DNA of 64,000 bases from a virus (lineage: Duplodnaviria > Heunggongvirae > Uroviricota > Caudoviricetes), in the IMG/VR virus record IMGVR_UViG_3300001598_000046, positions 1 to 64,000 of that record. One strand, written 5' to 3'. The position numbers and the translations under genes were made by a program. The notes under the pieces were generated by a model that ran no database searches, was not told the origin of the DNA, and saw only the letters and a list, made by a program, of their open reading frames with translations. Shown here in pieces: positions 58,041 to 64,000 of the stretch; the first letter of the stretch is position 1, and each line of letters opens with the position of its first letter.

Positions 58041-58580
58041 TTATGCGTGCTGTGATTCCAATGCAATAGTCTTATCGATAATTGCAATGCGTTCCTCGAC
58101 TGTTCCGCGAACCTCAACGTATGGGATATCCAACTCCTGAAGCAGTGTAAGAATGTTGTTATCGATACACTGACGGAACTCCTCGTCCATTGAACGAACA
58201 CCATCATCAACAACTGGGAACTCGATTGGGAAGTAAAAATAGATGAAATCCTGATGGTTGTGCACGAACTCGTCAAGCGCACTTGCTTGTAACTCCATAT
58301 ACTCCGGTGAGAGTTTACCAATATCACAAAGATGCATTGTATATGCAGTCACATCAGTAAGACCACGATCCGAGATAAATTCGGGCATCTCAGCAAACTG
58401 CTTACAATACTCCGCAAAAATTGCCTCTTGACCCTTGGCATCACCAGCTTCATTTATATTAATACCCTGTTTAGCGAGGTTACGAACAACCTCAGTGATA
58501 ACTGGCATACCCTTTTCACGATAATGATTAAGGATTGTTGTTTTGCCAGTTCCTTGTGCACCTGTTAGAATAATCTTCAT
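58041..58580 (-). CDS. P-loop NTPase / small kinase
   Basis: MKIILTGAQGTGKTTIL Walker A at N-terminus; 179 aa. Confidence 0.5.
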   Translation of the reverse strand: MKIILTGAQGTGKTTILNHYREKGMPVITEVVRNLAKQGININEAGDAKGQEAIFAEYCKQFAEMPEFISDRGLTDVTAYTMHLCDIGKLSPEYMELQASALDEFVHNHQDFIYFYFPIEFPVVDDGVRSMDEEFRQCIDNNILTLLQELDIPYVEVRGTVEERIAIIDKTIALESQHA

Positions 58581-58625
58581 AATGAGTTTTTGATTTATAT
58601 AATATATGCTATTTTGACCATAATT

Positions 58626-59609
58626 TTATACAGATTCAATAACTTGTTTGAATTTCTTTTCAAGATGTTTTGGTATCAACTCTTTGCAAATGGTATTAAT
58701 ATCATATGTCTCAAGTATATCTCCATCAAATGATATAGAATCGATTATTGGTATGACCGTAAAATTACGACATATATTGGATATTTCCTTAATACGTTCC
58801 TGATAACGGCCATCAGAAAGATTTGCTTGATTTATATAGAGCTCATAATAATCAATTGCATTGAACTCCTGATCAAATATTGTTTCATTCTTGAGACGCC
58901 AAAATTTGATTGCACCTTTGTTTGTGTATGGTAGGAGTTGTTCATCATCATAAATATAGAAAAAACGATCGTGGTTAGCATCATTGAAATCAAGTGGGAA
59001 ACAGCTGCCAAGATTATATAAGTTATCCTTGAATTGTGGTGTATGAATATGACCGGCGAATACTTTACAACCACGCAACTCCTCAATAGGTTTCTTATCA
59101 GCTCCAAAAATATCAGCGTGAGTGTAGATATTTCGAGCATTAGGGTGCTCATCCAAAATTTTGGTCAAATCATACTTATACTGATACCACGGAATATATA
59201 AATCAACAAAATTATTCGAAAATACCTCATCAATAACCAAATGAAGATTCTTACCACAATCCCTAAATACCATTGATAATGATTCATACTCCGCAGAGTT
59301 TGGTGAATAGAAATCGTGATTGCCGGCAATTATGAAGAAATCATCCGCATATTTTGCGATCTCAATAAAACATTCACGAACCTCCTTCGCGACATATGGT
59401 GAAATACTTGAACGAGAATCAAATACATCACCAAGATGGATTATTGTGGTTTTTGGGTGTTCTTTAAGATATGGTATAATTTGTCTTCGTAGAAATGCTA
59501 TCTGTGAGTTGAGCCAAGTTGTTGAGTTCTGTTTCCATCCAAAATGTGTATCAGTTAATAGTAATCGGTTCATTTGGTAAATCAATTTTTTTATTATGAT
59601 TCTCAACAA
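58626..59609 (-). CDS. calcineurin-like metallophosphoesterase (SbcD/Mre11-like possible)
   Basis: LLLTDTHFG, HLGDVFD, AGNHDF motifs; 327 aa; no Rad50-like partner seen adjacent. Confidence 0.6.
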   Translation of the reverse strand: MLRIIIKKLIYQMNRLLLTDTHFGWKQNSTTWLNSQIAFLRRQIIPYLKEHPKTTIIHLGDVFDSRSSISPYVAKEVRECFIEIAKYADDFFIIAGNHDFYSPNSAEYESLSMVFRDCGKNLHLVIDEVFSNNFVDLYIPWYQYKYDLTKILDEHPNARNIYTHADIFGADKKPIEELRGCKVFAGHIHTPQFKDNLYNLGSCFPLDFNDANHDRFFYIYDDEQLLPYTNKGAIKFWRLKNETIFDQEFNAIDYYELYINQANLSDGRYQERIKEISNICRNFTVIPIIDSISFDGDILETYDINTICKELIPKHLEKKFKQVIESV

Positions 59610-60159
59610 CTCTCAGATATGCGCGTTTAATAATATCACGATCAAGTGATCCATTTTGTACCGTACAACCAGCAAGTTTTAGTCCATTGAGAATACCCTC
59701 GAAAAGGCTTGCCACGTATATTTCGAGTTCGTGGAGATTTGAGATATCAACTTCAATTTTTTTGAGAATATCATATTGGATACCTTCAACCAAATGATCA
59801 AAAATGAAATTTTCGATTTCATCAAACTCGAAATCATATTGATCATCATCTTTGACAATATATCCCCGTCTTTTATACCAATCCGCACACCATTGTTCTT
59901 TGGCAATGATATTAATTGGAAGTACGGCGAAGATACCATTTTTTGTACAATATTGATCGCGTGCTGTATCACAAGCATCCAATAATTCCGTTGCAAGGCC
60001 TTGTTCACGATATTTTTCATTAACGAATAAATCACTTATCCAAATCTTCTTATTTGGAAGGATAGTGAGTCGTACATATGCTTTACCGGGGATCATAAAA
60101 TAGTGGCATTCATCTATATTGTCATTATGCCACGTTGAGCAGAAATGTTTAATATTCAT
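59551..60159 (-). CDS. GNAT-family N-acetyltransferase
   Basis: Motif A-like VNEKYREQGLATELLDA; 202 aa; 5' end overlaps upstream gene so start may be internal. Confidence 0.5.
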   Translation of the reverse strand: MNIKHFCSTWHNDNIDECHYFMIPGKAYVRLTILPNKKIWISDLFVNEKYREQGLATELLDACDTARDQYCTKNGIFAVLPINIIAKEQWCADWYKRRGYIVKDDDQYDFEFDEIENFIFDHLVEGIQYDILKKIEVDISNLHELEIYVASLFEGILNGLKLAGCTVQNGSLDRDIIKRAYLRVVENHNKKIDLPNEPITIN

Positions 60160-60356
60160 ATCTTCTTCACATCTTCAATTGTCATACCAGTTCTTTCAGT
60201 GAACTCGGCAAGTTCTTCAGGAGATAAATTTTTGAGTATCTCCAAAAGTCTCTTTTTCTTTTTGTTCGCCTTTATACGAAATATGATGGCGGCTATGGAG
60301 GTTACACAACATAACCCCCATAGTATCCAAAATAATATTGAAAATATATCTCCCAT
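60156..60356 (-). CDS. small membrane protein
   Basis: 66 aa; ILFWILWGLCCVTSIAAIIF. Confidence 0.3.
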   Translation of the reverse strand: MGDIFSILFWILWGLCCVTSIAAIIFRIKANKKKKRLLEILKNLSPEELAEFTERTGMTIEDVKKI

Positions 60357-60358
60357 AT

Positions 60359-61831
60359 TTATCTACAATATATTACCATTCGAGCAATACGGCTTGCGAA
60401 ATGTTCAACAGATTCATTATCATAGAACATATGTTCGCTTTGGTATCGATCAAATTTATAATCAAATGCTTTCTCAATAGTCATCGCAATTTCAGCCATA
60501 TCAAGACTATCAAAACCGAATACTCCAAGAGGCTTCTTGATGAATGAATCATATTGATCCATTGGCATCCACCGATCGTGAATATATCCACCCCATTCAT
60601 TTTCTTGCCACAAGATATTTATGATAAAATCTCTTGCACATTCTTCATTTGTTTTTTGAATGTTTGCTTGTGTGGTATTTGATTCATGATCAACTTCACC
60701 GGTTGGACCAAGTTGGGTTTCCGGCTTATCAATAGTCATCTCCTCAAATTGTTTCTTTTGTTCAGGTGTGAGAAGATTTTTGAGGATCTCATTTTCAAGA
60801 GCAATATGCTCAGGTTCTTTTTGTAATTGAGGTGCTCGCGGAGTAACCGCATACATATCATTGAGTTTTTGATTAAACTCATCATTGAATGCTTTGCGTT
60901 GCTCAGGAGTAATGAAAGCCATCAAAGCATCAAATTGAGCTCTCAAATCACTCAAACTATGCTTCAATTCTTCAATATCCAAATCCACCAATGAAATCAT
61001 CCTACCACCAGTCAATTCGAATTGCTCGGAGATTTTTTGTTTGATTATCTCCCACGAGATTGGTCCATAGTTGTTATTATCCACTCCAACATCATATTGT
61101 GTTGGGAGTTTGAATTTGAGACGACCAGCATCTGCACCACCCGAACCATCTTTTGAGTGTACATGCCCAAATAATTGCCATACCTTTTCAGAATCTTTGC
61201 GATAGATGCCACCGTATGTTAGGAATGGATAATGGTTAAGATATACGGCACGACCTTCGATCTCGATTTGGCGCTGGAATGTAACACTATCAAAATATTG
61301 CATATATCCTTGACGAATATTCTTGACATCGTGATTACCAAGCACCAAATGGATATGGCCGTTCAAATGTTCGAGAATCCACACCCAATTACTTGAGCCA
61401 CCCCAACAAAAATCACCCAAATGGTAGACGATATCATCAGGCCCAACGATACTATTCCACTTCTCCACAAGTGCCTTGTTCATCTCCTCAACAGTTGCGA
61501 ATGGGCGACCACAAAATTTTATGATGTTCTCGTGACAGAAGTGAGTATCGGAGGTGAACCAAATATGATCTCCATTTTTATAGATCTCCTTGTCGTCATT
61601 CTTATTGAATCGACTATTATACTTGGAGTGAACTTCACTAATAGTACGATTATATTTTCTCCAAGTTGGATCATTTGGTGCATATAACTCATCGAATTTT
61701 GCACTCATCCCATTAGCCAATATAACAAAATCTTCAGCGATTTGTATAATTGGACTTACGAGTGTTGGTGACGAGCGGTCATATGCCACAGCGAATCCTA
61801 TTAATAATTCATTCTTTTTCATCTTTGCCAA
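60359..61831 (-). CDS. metallophosphoesterase with C-terminal acyl-carrier-protein-like domain
   Basis: TSDTHFCH, HLGDFCWGG, VLGNHD motifs N-terminally; C-terminal LGVFGFDSLDMAEIAMTIEKAFDYKF resembles PP-binding DSLD motif. Confidence 0.55.
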   Translation of the reverse strand: MAKMKKNELLIGFAVAYDRSSPTLVSPIIQIAEDFVILANGMSAKFDELYAPNDPTWRKYNRTISEVHSKYNSRFNKNDDKEIYKNGDHIWFTSDTHFCHENIIKFCGRPFATVEEMNKALVEKWNSIVGPDDIVYHLGDFCWGGSSNWVWILEHLNGHIHLVLGNHDVKNIRQGYMQYFDSVTFQRQIEIEGRAVYLNHYPFLTYGGIYRKDSEKVWQLFGHVHSKDGSGGADAGRLKFKLPTQYDVGVDNNNYGPISWEIIKQKISEQFELTGGRMISLVDLDIEELKHSLSDLRAQFDALMAFITPEQRKAFNDEFNQKLNDMYAVTPRAPQLQKEPEHIALENEILKNLLTPEQKKQFEEMTIDKPETQLGPTGEVDHESNTTQANIQKTNEECARDFIINILWQENEWGGYIHDRWMPMDQYDSFIKKPLGVFGFDSLDMAEIAMTIEKAFDYKFDRYQSEHMFYDNESVEHFASRIARMVIYCR

Positions 61832-62055
61832 ACTGGTTTATTTTGCATACCCTTTGGAATAACAAATGCTTCAGGTTCAGGAATTTTTACTGGATCAACC
61901 AAAAGCATTTCATAATTGTATGCTGGTGGAAATGCATCTCCTGGAAGGCTATAGTTGATTGATGGGAATTTCTCATTCTTGACAAAAAGTATGCCAATGA
62001 TCAGGGGGAAAGCTACACAAAGTGTTGTGATAAAACTGTCAATAAAGTTGTACAT
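61819..62055 (-). CDS. small membrane protein
   Basis: 78 aa, hydrophobic LCVAFPLIIGILFV. Confidence 0.3.
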   Translation of the reverse strand: MYNFIDSFITTLCVAFPLIIGILFVKNEKFPSINYSLPGDAFPPAYNYEMLLVDPVKIPEPEAFVIPKGMQNKPVWQR

Positions 62056-62081
62056 ATTTATTTAGATTAAATGATTGACAA

Positions 62082-62753
62082 TTATAATCTTCCAGCAGCA
62101 ATCTTACACTTATGGTAGTGTTCCATTCGTTGCTTGATATTTGTGGTACTATTGATAGAATCGAAAAGCTCTACCAAACGCTTTTCATAATCAGGATTAC
62201 TTGCGTAACGTTTACCTGACTTATTAACATACTTTTTATATAAATCAAATTCATTACCACCTTCCGGGATATAACTATTCACGATTAATTCAACGAATGG
62301 TCGAATCGATTGATCGGGATGATTAAGCCACTTACCCTCGGCCTTGAGTTGTTCAGCCGTCTTACCATCTGGTGTTAGATCATTGAATACCCGATTAGAT
62401 TTTGATGCGATACCTGTGGTTCCAAAATGAGACTCCTGCCAACCCTGAACCAACACAAATCTTATATCAATATTATATTCATCACAAGCTTCGACAATGG
62501 CAAAACCGTGGAGTTCAGATTCAGGAGCAACAGATTTGATGAAGCTGTCAACTTCCATAATAAGATCAGCCTTCGCAGCATTATATTCGATATCAGATTT
62601 ATGCTGATATGCCCAAAGATGATATGGAAGATCCTCTTTTTGAGTGTGTGAATAAGTATATCCTACGGCCGCACCGCAGATCATAAGAACGATGATTGTC
62701 TGAATAATGAGAGCCTTATGTGTGCTCAGCCAATTTGAAAATTTTGTACTCAT
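62082..62753 (-). CDS. endolysin, GH73 N-acetylglucosaminidase-like with N-terminal signal-anchor
   Basis: TM ALIIQTIIVLMICGAAVGY; catalytic region LVQGWQESHFG (cf. FlgJ/GH73 ALESGWG) and YASNPDYEK (GH73 YATDPxY). Confidence 0.6.
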   Translation of the reverse strand: MSTKFSNWLSTHKALIIQTIIVLMICGAAVGYTYSHTQKEDLPYHLWAYQHKSDIEYNAAKADLIMEVDSFIKSVAPESELHGFAIVEACDEYNIDIRFVLVQGWQESHFGTTGIASKSNRVFNDLTPDGKTAEQLKAEGKWLNHPDQSIRPFVELIVNSYIPEGGNEFDLYKKYVNKSGKRYASNPDYEKRLVELFDSINSTTNIKQRMEHYHKCKIAAGRL

Positions 62754-62803
62754 ATTGTTAATGTTTTAGTTATAGTATAATATATATTGTTTACCTAATG
62801 ATT

Positions 62804-63142
62804 TTAGTTCGTTAATTCCAAAGGATCACAAAATAAATCCTCAAGTAATATGAATGGCCATAATGTTACGAAACCTTTTGGAAATCCTCCATAACAAAAA
62901 TGTACAGTTTCAAAAACATTTATACCACATAAAATGTATAGTGGTACTCCGATAATGATTTTCAGTACAAGCTCAATTGGTGATAGTAATGCTCCACAAA
63001 TCACCGCAGTGATTAGCAGGAAGAAAGAAGAGATTGCGAAAATAATGGTTGCGATTGCTGCCAAAATTCCTGCAATGATTGTTAATGGGTATTCGATGAC
63101 TTCGATTATACGTTCACGAATACCAGGTTTGATGCTGATCAT
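62804..63142 (-). CDS. multi-TM membrane protein, holin candidate
   Basis: 112 aa with 2-3 hydrophobic helices, adjacent to the endolysin. Confidence 0.35.
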   Translation of the reverse strand: MISIKPGIRERIIEVIEYPLTIIAGILAAIATIIFAISSFFLLITAVICGALLSPIELVLKIIIGVPLYILCGINVFETVHFCYGGFPKGFVTLWPFILLEDLFCDPLELTN

Positions 63143-63198
63143 AATGGATAATTAATTGATTACATTATATATATAACAAATCTTAATAAAATATTTAG

Positions 63199-63227
63199 CA
63201 ATAAAAAAGGGTTTCTTGCGAAACCCT
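63199..63227 (-). terminator. rho-independent terminator for gene 63232..63846
   Basis: Minus sense GGGTTTC gcaa GAAACCC followed by TTTTTTATT. Confidence 0.55.
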
Positions 63228-63231
63228 CATA

Positions 63232-63846
63232 TTATTTGGCGTCATCCGCCGGCTCCAATGTATTATGATCAATTGCCATCTTGCAACCACATACACAAGT
63301 TGGTTTGCCAGCCTTATGCTTCTCAAACATCTTGCGTGTCACCTTTGCCTCAAACCCACATTCGGGGCAGAAATATACCACAGCACCATTCTTACCTTGT
63401 TTTGTTTCTTTTTTGGCGAATGAAACTGGTTTACCCGGGAAGTCACCATATTTCTTTTTGAGTCTTGCATATGTTTCTTTTATGATATCCTGAAGTTGGA
63501 GACTTGCCTCCTTACCACCATCAATAAACATATACTTCTCAGCGGTCTTCTTAAACTGTTTCCCATTACCTTGTATATTGAAGAATGCGTGGATACATTC
63601 TTTTGCCAATGCAATGAGCATCTCAATATTGTCGCGGATGAGATAACTAACACCAATTGTTGTTGGGAAGAAATCATCCATATTGATATTGATACCTTCG
63701 GAAGGTTGAACACATTCTGTTGGTTTACCTCCACGTGTGCGGCCACATGCTATTTGAAAATCGTGATTGAGTAGATCAAGATCACCATTAAATACGGCGG
63801 CATCGAGTTCCTCAACGGCGTGTCTAAGCCATTCTTCTCTTGTCAT
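63232..63846 (-). CDS. hypothetical protein with C-terminal zinc-ribbon-like Cys cluster
   Basis: 204 aa; CPECG ... CVCGC. Confidence 0.45.
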   Translation of the reverse strand: MTREEWLRHAVEELDAAVFNGDLDLLNHDFQIACGRTRGGKPTECVQPSEGININMDDFFPTTIGVSYLIRDNIEMLIALAKECIHAFFNIQGNGKQFKKTAEKYMFIDGGKEASLQLQDIIKETYARLKKKYGDFPGKPVSFAKKETKQGKNGAVVYFCPECGFEAKVTRKMFEKHKAGKPTCVCGCKMAIDHNTLEPADDAK

Positions 63847-63928
63847 ATTCTATTTTTTGTATTTTTATCTTTATGAGCTTGCCATATCATCATAGCAATA
63901 ATGATTAGAAATAATATTGATTCTTTCA

Positions 63929-64000
63929 TCACCATTCATTATTTTTCCAGCGATTCCTGATAATGAAACGATCACCCTTTTTGAAGAGGCCACGAGAATG
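63929..64000 (-). CDS. 3' end of a minus-strand gene continuing beyond the window
   Basis: Open frame ...FKKGDRFIIRNRWKNNEW then stop; partial. Confidence 0.25.
   Translation of the reverse strand, partial: HSRGLFKKGDRFIIRNRWKNNEW

Noticed and set aside
58626-59609. Calling this phosphoesterase the Mre11/gp47 recombination nuclease
   Set aside because: The motifs fit the broad calcineurin-like family, but no Rad50/gp46-like ATPase gene is adjacent, so it is kept as a generic metallophosphoesterase.
1-64000. CRISPR array
   Set aside because: The repeated hairpins and 21-mers are few, irregularly spaced and lie in gene-boundary positions. No regular repeat-spacer periodicity was seen anywhere.
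1-64000. Integrase, transposase, or attachment-site indications of a prophage or mobile element
   Set aside because: No tyrosine or serine recombinase or DDE transposase motifs were recognised. The tRNA is not flanked by a direct repeat that I could see. Content is consistent with a lytic phage chromosome segment.

Overview
This 64 kb window looks like a contiguous piece of a large, AT-rich tailed dsDNA phage genome. GC content appears to be roughly 30% by eye. Coding density is high and gene blocks alternate between strands. The gene content is T4-like: family B DNA polymerase, FEN/RNase H-type 5'-3' exonuclease, gp1-like dNMP kinase, Rnl2-like RNA ligase, NrdG-like radical-SAM activase, dUTPase, candidate SSB and large terminase. 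Contractile-tail baseplate genes are present (gpV/gp5-like spike, gp25/GPW-like wedge protein). Replication is served by a fused AEP primase-polymerase/helicase and a DEAH helicase. A full sigma-70-family factor is encoded. One class-II tRNA-Ser(GCU) lies in a GC-rich island. Accessory genes with little phage precedent are present: a RimK-type ATP-grasp glutamate ligase fused to a RimB-like retropepsin domain, a flotillin/SPFH homologue, three calcineurin-like phosphoesterases (one with a C-terminal ACP-like domain), a GNAT acetyltransferase, a GH73 endolysin and two paralogous small lipoproteins. The most striking signal is a family of six otherwise unrelated ORFs that share a peptide-level conserved N-terminal leader, MK[ST]L[YI]ES[LI]L[DGS]..ADKT. 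It resembles the T4 capsid-targeting sequence of injected internal proteins. Three of these ORFs are in tandem, and a diverged segmental duplication of the junction plus a pseudogene remnant lies between the second and third of them. Intergenic regions on the minus-strand blocks carry a recurring cassette: a hairpin with a conserved loop (ACTAAA(T)G in transcript sense), then a TTTTGTTATATATAT box, and in two cases a second hairpin with a conserved GGGGTTGGTTT loop. A GC-rich 21-mer occurs three times next to bidirectional terminators. No CRISPR array, integrase or transposase was seen. All calls come from reading the sequence and the supplied ORF track by eye; no searches were run.
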